Shown: positions 37,680-49,729, counted from the first letter of the whole stretch. The stretch: DNA of 60,436 nt, filler included, from Diploschistes diacapsis (GCA_023645945.1; 7 parts of 7 records of this genome joined end to end with filler, not necessarily neighbours in it), one strand, 5' to 3'. Numbers and translations: made by a program. The notes: generated by a model from the letters alone, not told the origin.

Positions 37680-38730
37680 CATGGAGCTCAGCGACACTTC
37701 GCGAATACTAACCAAGAATTTTGCCTACCAGGTTCCGGGAGGAGGTGCGATGTTTTAAGAGGCTGCTGCAGCTCGGTCAATGAGTCGCCTTGAACAACAA
37801 TACACACATGTCTTAAGGCTTCCCGCTTCACAACACGATTGGATGTGAGCCAGTAATCTGGCGAACAGCAAGACAGGGGTGGGGGGGTCCGGAAGCTGCT
37901 ATGCAGGCATTTACACTCGTGATCCCGTGCATTCTCGTATTCTTGTTCTTCAAGAAGAATCCACGGTACATCTGACACCCTCACTCCGTATCTTGACGCA
38001 GTTCCGAGGTCGTGTTCAACGTCTAGTTTGGCCCTCCAATCGTCAGGGAGGCTGCAAGCCCTTTGCTTCTTTTCATAGACGTCTGTGGACTTTTCTTCTA
38101 GTCCTCCTTCCCTTGAGCAAGGCCACAATAGTTGTCCAAGTGCCTGGAGGTTCTGCCTCTTCTTGTAGCACTGAAGAGCACCCACAGTACTTCTTCTCGA
38201 GCAAACGATATCCGGGCGCTCTATACAAGAAGGACGAGCAGGGCGCTCCAAGTCTCCTGCTGCCTCAAATTGATCTTGGCTGGCTGGTTCGCTGGAATTA
38301 CCATGTCAATCCGGGATTCTTGTAGAAGAAAAGAGATCAGAATATGTTTGGGATGCACTGCTGTGACAGGGCTCACTGGCTCTTTGTAAACAGGGCCAAC
38401 TTTTTTCTGACCTTAAAATGCTCTCTACTCTGTACGTCACTACATGACCTGCGCCATATGGAACTCGTTTCGTGCATCTTTAACTCATCCGACCTAAAGA
38501 GCGATGTGATTAGAGCCTTCCGCAGTATAGACATGGCAAACCAATATCGTAAGAAAGAGGCTTGGCGAGCACCCATCAAGTCATAGGTGGCTTGGAGCAT
38601 TTACATGCAAGGCTTCCAAATGGGTCCAAAGATGCAATACGACATCTGACCGAGCTTCGCCTACGCCACACACGCTGAATTGCAGAAACCCCCAATAAAT
38701 GATGGCAAATATACAGACTGACAACTACCT

Positions 38731-41585
38731 TCAGTAAGTGCGCAGATGAGAGCAGCGCGCACCATTTCCGTCTTTCCCTTCGACATGTTCCACTTCCGCT
38801 TCGCGGCTTCCTTTCCGTCTGAATTTCCACCGCGCTTTCTCGCTCCAACTCCCTGCGCGCTTGCTTCTTCTTTCTTGAGTCTCCGCAATCGGCAGGGATC
38901 GTTCGACTATATGTACGGGATCGACTTGTTTCTTTGATTTATCAACTGTCTCAAGATAGGCTGGAAAGATGGTCCCGGCTGCGCTGGCCGCAAGGACGAC
39001 GCAGAACGAATACCGCTGTCCGTAACTCGCAGCAACCGGATCCTGAACGACAGGAAAGATGGCTCCGCCCGAGGTGGCAACCGTGAGAAAGACTGCGCCA
39101 GTCTTGGTATGGGAGCCGAGGCCTCGGAGGGTAATCGCGTAGATTAGTGGGAAAACCCCGGACTGGAAGAGTTCATAAAGAGTCAGAACTGCGATTGCAG
39201 GTGGACCTGAGAGTGTCATGCACAATGACGAAGTGATAATCATTCCGATGAAAAGCAAGGATAAGACATCGCGTGGCATCATGAAGAACTGCAGACCGGC
39301 ACAGAGGAAGCGACCGATGGCAAAGACGGTGTGACCAGCAGCCTGATAAGAGAATGGGCCAGTACCTTCGACGTTGGAGCTCGGCTCGACTGCTGCGATA
39401 TAGCTCAGATAATTCACTGAGGCGCTTTCTTGAGCTCCTACGTAGCAAAACTGAGAAAACGCCCCGAGAGCAAGCGTGATGTAGACCACTTTCACCCCAA
39501 ACAGTTGAGCCGAATTGACGCTCTGTCTCTTCTCGGCTGCCTCTTCAAAGTCATCGTCGCCGGCCTCGTTGATCGGCAGATACAAAAATGCAACTGCGAG
39601 AGCCACAGCGAACAGTGAGATGCCAAGGTAGGTCCACTGGGCATCAATGAGGGTGGCGGCGTTCGTTACATTCTTGAATATAACCTTCTGAGCTAGCACA
39701 GGAGCTACAACGGTCCCAATTGCCTGCACACCCTGGGAGATGTTCAATCGAGTTTCGGAATGCACTGGCGGACCACAGAGTGCAACGAAAGGGTTCGCGC
39801 CGAGCTCTATGATGGACACTCCAACTCCAACGACAAAGTTGGACACTACGAAAGCCACAAAGGAGACTAAAACTGCTGATGGCCAGAATACAAGAGTGCC
39901 GACGCTGTAGATTCCCAGTCCCGTGATGAATGTTGCTTTGAAGCCAAGCCTCTTGAATATGAAGCTGCCCGGAAAGATAGGTCCCGCAGCGTATCCCCCA
40001 TAGTACGCAGCATGAAGGCCGACCGTTTGGTTAGCGGTGAAACCAGCAATACTGGCAAACTGGGAATTGAGGATATTGAGTAAGCCGTAAGCGCATCCCC
40101 ACAGAAAAAAGAGAATCGTCACATATGCAAGTGGCATCAAGGACTCCCTGTTGCTGAGCTTTGTCAAGGGCTTCCGCTTCTTCAGATTGTAGAAATCGAA
40201 GAAAGTGGGACTTGCTGGTCTCGAGGTACCTTGTGTTGCTGCAGTGAAGATGGTGCCTCTGCGGCCTGTTGGCGATAGGGGATCTGCATCTGGCGTTGTG
40301 AGAAATTCCATCATATTCGTTCCCGAGGCTGCTGTGACTGGAGCCAGACCCCCGCTCTCACGATCGTTATCGGTATGCTCGCAATTGCCATTGGATAGCC
40401 AATTGCTTTTGACGACAGATGGCGGTATCTGAGGGGACGGCAGAGGCTTCGAAGCTGCTTGATTGAGCGTGGCCAAGTCAATGGCGTAGAGCATTCCATC
40501 AGCGCGATACGAAGCTCGCCTTGTCCTGGAGACATCATGCGGGTCACTCGCATCGCGTAGCATGTTCGGCAAGATCCGTGCTACGAGAGGCTTGAGAGAC
40601 GGTACGCAAGCACAGATGATGCCGACATGCACCTCTATTGCCGACCACATGAACGACAGAGAGGCGTACCAAGAAAAATCGTCTTGAACGGCGACTTTGG
40701 ATGCTGTGGCGTTCTGCTTCCCGACATCATTGATCCGAATCTGGAAGGCTTGCTCAAGATGGTAAATGCGCACAACGTCGACGGCTGTGACGAAAGCCCC
40801 GAAGCTGAATGTCACCAGCAAGATGATCTTCTGCTTCCTCGGTAACCGCATATTGGTAAGTACAGGGATTGGCAGCACCAGTATCAGCAGATCAGTCACA
40901 ATGTTGACCGGCGCGCTCGAAAGATACAGGGTGACCAGATCTGTGCACACGGTATAACTCGGGAGGACGAGTTGGAACTCGGCCCATACTGGATGGCACT
41001 GAAATGCATTTACTAAGGTCAGGGCTGAACCCGCGACATTGACAAGGACCAGAGTGCCGATGCTGGCCCACTTAAAGACTTTTCCGGTTTTGGCTAAAGC
41101 CAGGTAAAAAACCAGTATCGAGGTCTTTGTAGCCATCAGGGCAGGGTTCTAGCGGCAGGTTAGCGATGTCTGGGAGGAGCAAAGACCACAGGACACCGAC
41201 ATAGAGCACCGAGAATGCGTATTCGGATTCTCTAAGAGGCAGCTCGTTTCCGGGAAGAATGAATTGATCGTGCCTGCCGAAACCCATTCGTACGGCCCAC
41301 AGGATGGAGAAGGAGAATCCAACAGCAAGAACCTGGGGTCAGAAGTCAACCCAGGCCTATGGAAGGACATGCTGGCACGGTGACACCTACCCAAGCCAGC
41401 ACAATGAGAGCATCGTCCCAACCCCATCGCTTCACAACGCCAAGTCTCGAGATACATCGCAAGATGACCAAAGCCGTACTCAGAGCGAGGAAGCATGCCG
41501 TGACCGCCGTGACTGCAGGTCCGTGACTCTGATTTGGGTTGGCGGCATAACCAGTGCCTGAAGTGCCGTTGGCGGCGGAAGACAT
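38731..41585 (-). CDS. Fusion of a Pth11-like rhodopsin domain (N) and a FucP/GluP-type MFS sugar permease (C); exons 41585-41391, 41332-41201, 41148-38731
   Basis: LRCISR..WDD, NPALMATKTSILVFY, FQCHP, DLLILVLPIP, WSAIEVHVGIICAC.PSL, then LFFLWG.AYGLLNILN, ELGANPFVALCGPP..SETRLN.SQG.QA.G, YVGAQE, FP.IYA..LRGLG..TK; both domains lie in one uninterrupted exon. Confidence 0.88.
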
Positions 41586-43395
41586 TGAAATCACAAAACC
41601 TGAAGATAGAGATAACAGAAGCTTGGATACCCCACAATAGCGCCTCTATCGACCGCCCGAGCTTGAACAAACCACACCATTGCACAACAATAGGAGGCGA
41701 AAGACAAATAGATGATAGCTATCGGTTACACTGCCGTGGAACAGACATGGACAAAGATGTTTGCTGTGAAAAATGTGAGATGGAATAGTGAACGGTGGAA
41801 AAGTCTTGTAACACCCTTGGTACTGGTTGGGGAATGACATTTTGATGGGTGATCCACCGTGTCAACTTGGCTTCTGCCCGTCCTAAGATCGGCCGTGCAG
41901 ATCAACATCGCTACCATGACTAAATGAAGCATCTATGTGGGGTAAGTTTGATGATATGATTGCGTGGTCGTGGGGTTTAACTGGTGAAGTCTTTTTCAGT
42001 CGATGATCATGAATTCAAGATGCAAGTATTCTACCAACAACCTCCCGAGAGGCCGAAGATGCCACGTGACACGGCAGGAAGCTCGGGCCGTTAGTAGAAC
42101 AGCGTTCAGGCTCCTCAGGCTCCTACGTTCACGACAACAACTCGTTGCAACTGGCCTTCAAGAGACTCCCTGATTGACATTCGTGCTCTTCATGATCTTA
42201 TCTCGCAAGATCAAGTTAAACAGCCGAAAGCCTATACCGCTGATGCTGCAATCATATGTGCAGCTATTAGCCTACACGATCCTGTGATCCGGGTATGCAG
42301 GTTTCATACTGTATAACTGGATATCCAAAGCCAGGGCCAGAGCTTTCAACTACCTTTCCAGATATAGCCATAGAGCCGTGATGAGTTTCTCAATGAAATC
42401 CCTGTTCTAGACCTGCTAGCTGGCAATCTTCACCTTTGGGAACGTTTCCAAGCACGACGTTTGGCCTTGCCGGACCCAGAATAGACCACAAACATATGAA
42501 ATTACATGCAGGATAAGGATTCTTCGCCTTGGTATGGGTGCTCTTTATATCATTCCAAGTTGAGTCGCTTCATATCGAGTTCAACACAACAACTCTGTAG
42601 GTTTGTTGAATAGATTCCCAAGCTCTTGTTTCGTGCAAACATTCCATCCCCCTCCCTCCCCTATTACCGCCAGCACTTGCTTTGATGCTCTTTGAGTCTC
42701 TATATCGCATTCAAGAAAGTGGGGACGCAATCCTGAGGCTGCCCGAAGGGTGTGTCAGACGTGCATGCTCTTTGTGTGTTTGCATGCTTCAACAACAGTC
42801 AAGCCATAATAAAATCAAGCCTAACAGAACATACGAGTCCAAAGAAGAAATTCTGACCATGTTTGCTTCAAATCAGGAAAGCTAGCCTCAAGCGCAAACA
42901 TGGGAGGCTTATGCAAGGTTTCACGAAGACGCCGTGACACTTTTGTTTCCAGATGACAAGTTGTTGCTGTATCTGGTGTTGCGTGCTCTCTGAAGACATT
43001 GAGGATGTCTTCCAATGACCGTCCGTTGGACCCACCGCGCAGGAGTTACTCATTCAGAAGTATGTTTGTCACCAGAACCGAGATGCCATGAAGATATTTG
43101 GAGGGTGAATCGAAAGCAGAAGAAGCGAGCCCACCACTTGGCTTCAGGGTGAAGCAGCAGAGATTACCACAAGGGCAGTAGCATTGAATACAGGCACAAC
43201 GACATTTACGAGTGATCTTAAAAGTGAGTAACAGAATCCAGGAGAGTCATTGATTTCCCCAAGCTTCAATCGCATTAGCAGCAAGGAAGATTCTGTATAA
43301 TATACCCTTGTGTGTTCGAAAAGAATAGCTCTTTCCTTGATTGTCAAGGTTGTTGCAAGTCGATTTGGTCGTCATTCAGGCTGCTGAAGCCCAAT

Positions 43396-44221
43396 ATGTA
43401 CCTCGCCCTCATTTTGGCCGCCTTTGGTTGCTTTTCGAATGCATTGGCCCGCTATCTATCCAGCCCCAATACCTTCAACTGCCGTCCTGGCACTTCATGT
43501 TGGCCCAGCGCACTGGACTGGGCGGCCCTCAACTCCAGCATTGGCGGCTATCTCTATGCCACTACACCTCTAGGAAGCTCCTGCTTCCCCAGCTCTCCCG
43601 ATTACAGCAATGCCACTTGTACCAATACCATGGCGAATTACTCGAACGGCACCATTCGCGAGTCCATCTATGGTGCAATGCAGTACATTCAGTGGGAGTC
43701 CTGCGGGACAGCAAACTGTCTGCCCTCCGTCCTCGGCCCTCAGCCAAGCAACTGTACCTGTTCTTTGGGTCGCCTCGCCTCTTACTATGTCAAGGTCCAA
43801 CGCCCCGACCATATCACGACCGTCCTTCAATTTGCGCGCTCGCACAACATCCGCATCAGTATCAAGAACACCGGCCATGATTATCTCGGTCGCAGCTCCT
43901 CCCCCAATTCACTAGCCATTTGGACTGCAGGTCTCAAAAACATGTCATATCATGCAAACTTCACGGGATATCACTGCTCTGCCGCCGACGGGCAGAATAT
44001 CGGCGTAATTGGGGCGGGAGTCACAGCAGACGAGTCAGCGGCGTTCTTTGACCAGTACGGGATGACGAGCATCGTGGGCCAGTGTCCAACTACCGGTCCG
44101 GCAGGTGGCTATGGACAGGGCGGAGGACACAGTATCTTTGGCGCCGCTTATGGGTTGTTGGTCGATCAAGCAGGTTGTCATTGATTCTTTTCTCTTCTCC
44201 CCCGTCTCCTCCCCCCAATTT
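43396..44221 (+). CDS. Secreted FAD-binding oxidoreductase (BBE-like/VAO family), 3' end cut by the contig break
   Basis: Signal-peptide-like N-terminus, C.PG..CWPS..W, IKNTGHDYLGRS, GGYGQGGGHS..YGL.VDQ. Confidence 0.88.
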
Positions 44222-44321
44222 NNNNNNNNNNNNNNNNNNNNNNNNNNNNNNNNNNNNNNNNNNNNTTAATTAATTAANNNNNNNNNNNNNNNNNNNNNNN
44301 NNNNNNNNNNNNNNNNNNNNN
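44222..44321. other. Artificial contig linker
   Basis: N44-TTAATTAATTAA-N44. Confidence 0.99.
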
Positions 44322-44506
44322 TTACACCACAAAGCGGGTTACAATCCCTGCACCTTCGTAATATATTTCTTAACATTTTCACCTTTCGTACAAATAATTT
44401 TATGTGTGGTTGTGGGGCTCAAAAGCTCGCTTAAAACTATCTAGCGCATCTACATTATAATGAGTAACCCGCTTTGTGGTGTAACCCGTTTTGTGGTGAA
44501 ACACGT
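44322..44506 (+). mobile_element. Second copy of the Fot1/pogo-type MITE (left end cut)
   Basis: Ends CCGCTTTGTGGTGTAACCCGTTTTGTGGTGAAACACGT followed by TA, approximately the reverse complement of the 5149 terminus. Confidence 0.8.
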
Positions 44507-44655
44507 TACGATCCTAATGTGATATTATTATTTTAGTATCAGTTCTTCGTAGTGTAGTTCGGAAAGAATACGCTCCGCGGTGGTGTATTACGCGTCTTAT
44601 ATAAGGCACTTGAGGGACCTTCCTCGCATCGTATAAGACCTACTGCAAAAAACGT

Positions 44656-45031
44656 TTCTAAAATGTGTAATAAACAGCACTAATGGCGAATGTTCTAAAA
44701 CGTGTAATAAACAGCACGCAGACCCTTTTCGTCGAAGGTCGTGGGTTCGACTCCCACTGCTGCCACCACCACCTCGAAAATTTCTTCACTCCAGGCTTGG
44801 CAACTTGGCCTAATCCTAAAGCGGCTAAATCCCGTTTTAACATTCGACAACTCGATCAAAAAAATCTGCGGTGGGTAGTGGATGGGAACAACGCTTGTAT
44901 GGGAAATTTGTATGGCTTGGCTGTGTGGCTGGCTGTATTTGGGATATATACTTTGTGTGTGGCTGGTTTTTTTTCCAAAGCCCAGGGGAGTTTTCACGGC
45001 AAATATTGGTGTACAAAGTCTATTAGGGTAA
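44656..45031 (+). mobile_element. Putative tRNA-derived SINE-like element
   Basis: tRNA-Leu-like head (ATGGCGAATGTTCTAAAACG; T-arm GTGGGTTCGACTCCCAC; TGCTGCC-A-CCA) followed by a body also present at 8710-8909. Confidence 0.5.
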
Positions 45032-45332
45032 CCAGCTTCAGCTGGGAATGCAATTCATTATCCAAACAACACCAATTTAACCAACCAAAGGCGTTCATGC
45101 CTAGAGCATTGAAAAAGGCGCCGGTGTGAATAACACAGAAGCTTGGCCTTCAACTAACTGGGGGGTGCACCGCGATACCGACATGGGTAGTCGAGCGTGA
45201 TTCGAGGTAGTGATACCTTCGGCTGGGATAAAATAGGTTGGTACCTTTTTTCTGCTGCGGCTGCGACCTTGAACGCCAGTCTGTTGTACCGTGGGTAAAG
45301 GAGCTCTTCCGACGAAACAGAACCTGGTCTTT

Positions 45333-46772
45333 TCATCTCTCCAACACCTCAAACGGACCCGAGGGCTGTTTCAGGCACATCTCACCCACCACACTCTCCT
45401 TCTTCATCTCCTTCTTCATCCCTACCTGCGCCTCATGGTTGCTAGCCGACAGCCTCCACGACCAATGATTCATGGGCCCCCTCTCCACAAACTCCCACAT
45501 CTCGCTCACAAGGTCCGCACAGCTATCGTGGAACATGGCGCCCACCTCGATGGTCAGGTGGGCATACTTCGTCGCCGCGCTTATATGGCCCAACGCACTA
45601 TGCTGCATTGCGAGGTGCCAGTAGCCCTCGCAGTAGTTCATTTCTGCGCGCTCCTGCACCAGCAGGCTGAGCAGCAGCTCCGCCATGTCCGGGTCCGCGT
45701 GGTAGGCCCGCTCGGTACTATCCAGCTTCTCGCGGACGGCGTGGATGAAGGCGATGCGCGCGTCTGAGGCTTCGCGCAGCGGCTGGGGCGCGGCGCACGC
45801 CGGGCACGTGCACCGGAAGCCCCAGCCGTTCTGCAGCTGGTCCTGCCGGTCCTCGAAGGCTTCCAGTATGCCGATGTACGAGTCCGTGATCTCCTCGCCC
45901 GGGTGGATGTCGCGCGTGGCTTGCACGTGCTGCGTCAGGGTCGCCGGCTCGACGTAGTAGTGCGTGTTGGGCCGGCAGTCGTGGTTCATGCGCGCCGCTT
46001 CGGGGAAGACGCCGCGGGTTGCCCAGTTGTTGCCGTCAATAAACTCGAGGCTGAGCATGAAGGAGTTGGTGTTGATGGCGCCGTTAACGCGGTCGATGTC
46101 TTCTTGGTGCACGGCTAGGTCGTAGAAGAGTTGCTGGGATTGGGGCGGGAGCCGGGCCACGGCTTTTTGCTGGAGGGCTAGGATCTGCGGATCGTAGGGG
46201 CCTTCGTCGACGGACTCTACGGCTAGGAGGGGCGTGGTGCTCATTAGGAAAGTACCTGCGCGGATGCTGCGGTTGGCGATCAGCCCTCGGCCTTTGCCCG
46301 GTAGCGTTTTCCATTCATACGGAGGCGAGTCGAAAGTGTTTGTGTGCTGATGAACTTGAGGGTCGGAGAAGGCCGAACGGTTCAGATAGTGGGCTGCTAG
46401 GTTCTCGGTACCCACGAGGGAGATACCGCGGCCATTGGCGAAGTCTGTCGAGAAGTACACACAATACGGAGTTTGGGTGCTGTTGAGGACTATACAGTCA
46501 CCGGTGGTAAAGGACAGGCCAGGCTGGGATTCGTTGTAGGGCAAGGTTGCTGGTGGTAATCTCCAGTTCTGCTGTAAACTGGCTGCATAGTCAGCTCCTA
46601 GATCTCTCACTGTCCCCACATCGTGACTACAAGTCGAGACTTGGAGTAGTTTCAGAGCTTCGTGACCCGCGTCCGTGCTTGGGCTACCGAGCACGACTTC
46701 ACCGGATAAGCCAAGGGATGCGAGTCCGACTGTCAGGGTAGCAATTCCCACAATCGCGTTGTGTATTGCCAT
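45333..46772 (-). CDS. SET-domain protein (Set5/SMYD-like) with a hydrophobic signal-peptide-like N-terminus, intronless
   Basis: PGKGRGLIA, FPEAARMNHDCRPN, GEEITDSY, post-SET WGFRCTCPAC; N-terminus MAIHNAIVGIATLTVGLASLGLSG. Confidence 0.85.
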   Translation of the reverse strand: MAIHNAIVGIATLTVGLASLGLSGEVVLGSPSTDAGHEALKLLQVSTCSHDVGTVRDLGADYAASLQQNWRLPPATLPYNESQPGLSFTTGDCIVLNSTQTPYCVYFSTDFANGRGISLVGTENLAAHYLNRSAFSDPQVHQHTNTFDSPPYEWKTLPGKGRGLIANRSIRAGTFLMSTTPLLAVESVDEGPYDPQILALQQKAVARLPPQSQQLFYDLAVHQEDIDRVNGAINTNSFMLSLEFIDGNNWATRGVFPEAARMNHDCRPNTHYYVEPATLTQHVQATRDIHPGEEITDSYIGILEAFEDRQDQLQNGWGFRCTCPACAAPQPLREASDARIAFIHAVREKLDSTERAYHADPDMAELLLSLLVQERAEMNYCEGYWHLAMQHSALGHISAATKYAHLTIEVGAMFHDSCADLVSEMWEFVERGPMNHWSWRLSASNHEAQVGMKKEMKKESVVGEMCLKQPSGPFEVLER

Positions 46773-48149
46773 GCTTCCGTACTTTTGGAATGTAAATCAC
46801 GAGTATCAAAACGAAGGTGGAGTCAAGCGGGAAATCCAATATCGAGCAAGGAATCAAAGCTGCGTTTGAACTGCAGGGACTACAGAGGTAAAGGAGAATA
46901 TTAATAATTAACTAAAAATCAATATAAGATCGCTTACTTGCTATTGCGGCTGGCGTCAGTCTTACAATTAATATGCCTCCAACTAGATAAACGTGTGGTC
47001 CTGACTCTTGCAGGAAGCTTGCATGAAGCTCTCCCTGTAATATCCACGCCATAAACATCTTGTATGCATGTAGCGCGGCACAAAGGGCGGACCTGAGCTG
47101 GCGGGAATCTTTAACGTATAATTGTACATAAGCCCGTAGAGAAAACAGGAAAGACAAGAAACCATTAACGAACGCGAAGTGCAACTGTACATACTCCGTA
47201 GAGAAATAGGAAATAGAGGCATTTTTTATATGTAACAGCGTGTTTTGCTACTTGAGCGGCTATTTCGCCATGGCTTCGCCTACCTAGAAGGCTTGGGAAG
47301 GAGGGGGGGGGTCCAAGTTCGCTAACGTTCGCTCATGGTTATCCCCTGCCATGATGATCACAAGTAGTCGCGCAAGTAGCTAGCTATCTTTAACTCTCTG
47401 CTCAGAAGATGAAGTGTCCACCAACAGCGACTGAAGTTTGAGGAATTATAATGTTGACAACCCGTCATCAACTAGTTCGTCTTTCTTAGCTGTAAGAATA
47501 ACAATTGTCTTAGTATCCCTGTAGTAAATATTCAGTTATTCGAATATAAAAGCCAATATCCGTATTCGAATATAAATACTATCAGATTATTAACCCAAAT
47601 AGGTTAATTTATCTGACTAAGCAGTTAGTGGATCCGAAGGTTCTAGGAGGTTCTAAACAAGTCTGAAACCTAATAGAATATTATCGAGGATCTTATTAAT
47701 AATAATCGATTATTCTATTAGTAGCTGGAGGCTACTAGGAAGGATTCTTGGATTCTTGGATTATTAACCCAAATATTGGATTAATGATCCAATAATATTT
47801 AGACCACGGATACAATATTTAGACCATGATCTAATAAATCTGGGTTAAATAATGTTGGATTAGGAGATCTAACATTATTGGAGATTACTGGGTAATATTG
47901 ATTACTAGTAATGATCAGATAAAAGTATCTATAAAACATCTTTCACCTCCCATTACCTGTAGTTTAATCTTCATCTCCATTAATACTATCTCCATCTTCA
48001 TTCATTACCTCCTACAATAATTGTTGGAAGTGGTGGAAGTTCCTAATATAAATGACAAATGACTAAGATATATTCAGCAGCTAATCCTAACTAGAAAATA
48101 ATCCCTAGCCGGCCTAGCCTGCTTAGCTGACTATTGTTCAGTGATTGTA

Positions 48150-48300
48150 TGTTACAATCCGAGGTCCCGACCTCGTCACGTCCTAATCATGTTATGATCC
48201 GAGGTCCTTGCTTCGTCACGTCCCAGCCATTCCTTGTATATAAACCAATCATGGTGACATCGGTCACGTGACCGTTAAAAGGCCTTAAAGGCATATTTAT
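48150..48300 (+). mobile_element. LTR-like relic (TGTTA start), related to the copy starting at 49392
   Basis: TGTTACAATCC start with an internal ~40-nt duplication; shares CCA.TCCTT.TATATA..AATCATGGT.ACAT...TCACGTGA..CCTTAAAGGC with 49457-49523. Confidence 0.55.
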
Positions 48301-48306
48301 TTAATA

Positions 48307-48553
48307 AAGTATATGCATAGCGAGCGGACACTTATAGTAAGCGGACACCCCCTACCCGATTTTACGAACTTTTAACTTTTATATTAATTTTTTACGCGTA
48401 CGATTATGGAATCATCTTTTATTAAATAGAATCATAATGGCATTTTAAGCTATTAAATAAGACTCAAATCTTAATATAAAACGCGTATTTTAAATATATA
48501 AGATTTTTAATACGACGCTTATTACTCGACGCGATAGTCGTATTTTAAGATAC
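48307..48553 (+). mobile_element. RIP-mutated Fot1/pogo transposon 5' end, interrupted at 48554 by other sequence
   Basis: TA then A[C]GTATATGCATAGCGAGCGGACAC..GCGGACACC; homologous to the reverse complement of about 50240-50489. Confidence 0.7.
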
Positions 48554-49391
48554 TGTTTGGTAACGTAATGGATATATTGAAGTCTAGAGGTCTTATTCTA
48601 GGAAGTATCTTACTATGCAGACTTTTATCCTCCACGGTGGGCGCTAAGCCCTACTGCCTTCGCTACTCCCGAACCGATCTAGCCAGAATCCTAGCAGATT
48701 TAAGGGGAAAGTTCAGCTAAACTAAACTTCCTGGTTCATTTAACCTAAATCTTCCGGAATTGGGTCGAGCCTTTTATATCTTCTGCCTGTCCGTTTAATA
48801 TTTTTCTACAAACGGAATTATCTAATATGTTTAATCTAACTAAATCTTTAATCTAGGCCGAGTTTCCTATTTCGAGTAATATAATAGCTTCGTACGCTAC
48901 TAGCGAGAAAGGATGAAAGCAACCCGCTTGTCGGATAAGTTATCTTCCATCTTGTTACCCTTTTTTGATCGAATGGGTTTAACCCTAATACAGCCGAACT
49001 TCGATGATTGTCCGAAGGTGTCGAAGGGCTTCAGCAGCGGTAAAGCTGAATATCAACATTGACGAAGGTCAAAAGGTTCCAGCGGCGGAGATAGCGTTTC
49101 GGCTGGATTTCGAAGGGTGACGAGAGATCGACGGGGTTCAGCGTAATGGTTCAGCTGAACTTCGATCGTTGTCGAGGAAAGAAGGGAGTCGGAGGGTTTT
49201 CGTTGGCCTGGCAGATGATGAATCCGGGAGCCAAGTACTTCTTATTTAGGCTTACTCTTCGCCAGCGTAATAAAATCCCGCGATCTTTTATAATAATATA
49301 CCTTCTACTTTTATATCGATTTATTTTAAAATTTTATAATTTAGACCTTAAGTTTTCGGATCTTTTCGATTTAAATCTTCTTTAAGCCAGC

Positions 49392-49629
49392 TGTTACGAT
49401 CCAAGTGACTAGGTGGTAGTCCACTTGGCACTTCATAGCTGATTGGGCCTAACCCAACCACTCCTTATATATAGTTTAATCATGGTAACATTAATCACGT
49501 GATAAATAAAAACCCTTAAAGGCTATTTTACCCTTTATAAATAAAACGGGAGAACGGTAATTCTATCTATCTATTAATTTATTTTATTAGAGAGTAGTTG
49601 ATTATATAGAAACGCGTTATGGCTTTTAT
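49392..49629 (+). mobile_element. LTR-like relic, RIP-mutated
   Basis: TGTTACGATCC start; similarity to 48150-48300. Confidence 0.5.
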
Positions 49630-49729
49630 NNNNNNNNNNNNNNNNNNNNNNNNNNNNNNNNNNNNNNNNNNNNTTAATTAATTAANNNNNNNNNNNNNNN
49701 NNNNNNNNNNNNNNNNNNNNNNNNNNNNN
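49630..49729. other. Artificial contig linker
   Basis: N44-TTAATTAATTAA-N44. Confidence 0.99.

Noticed and set aside
37688..38600. ORFs of 187 and 148 aa between the convergent Pth11-like genes
   Set aside because: They overlap on opposite strands and have no motifs; probably spurious.
42180..43100. Coding relic between the fusion gene and the FAD oxidase
   Set aside because: The fragments look vaguely coding, but I could not identify any family motif.
16271..44221. Calling contig D a Starship element
   Set aside because: No DUF3435 tyrosine recombinase or element boundary is visible; the cargo-like content is only suggestive.
44741..44768. Functional tRNA gene
   Set aside because: The 5' acceptor strand and anticodon loop cannot be folded canonically, so it is reported as a SINE-like head instead.
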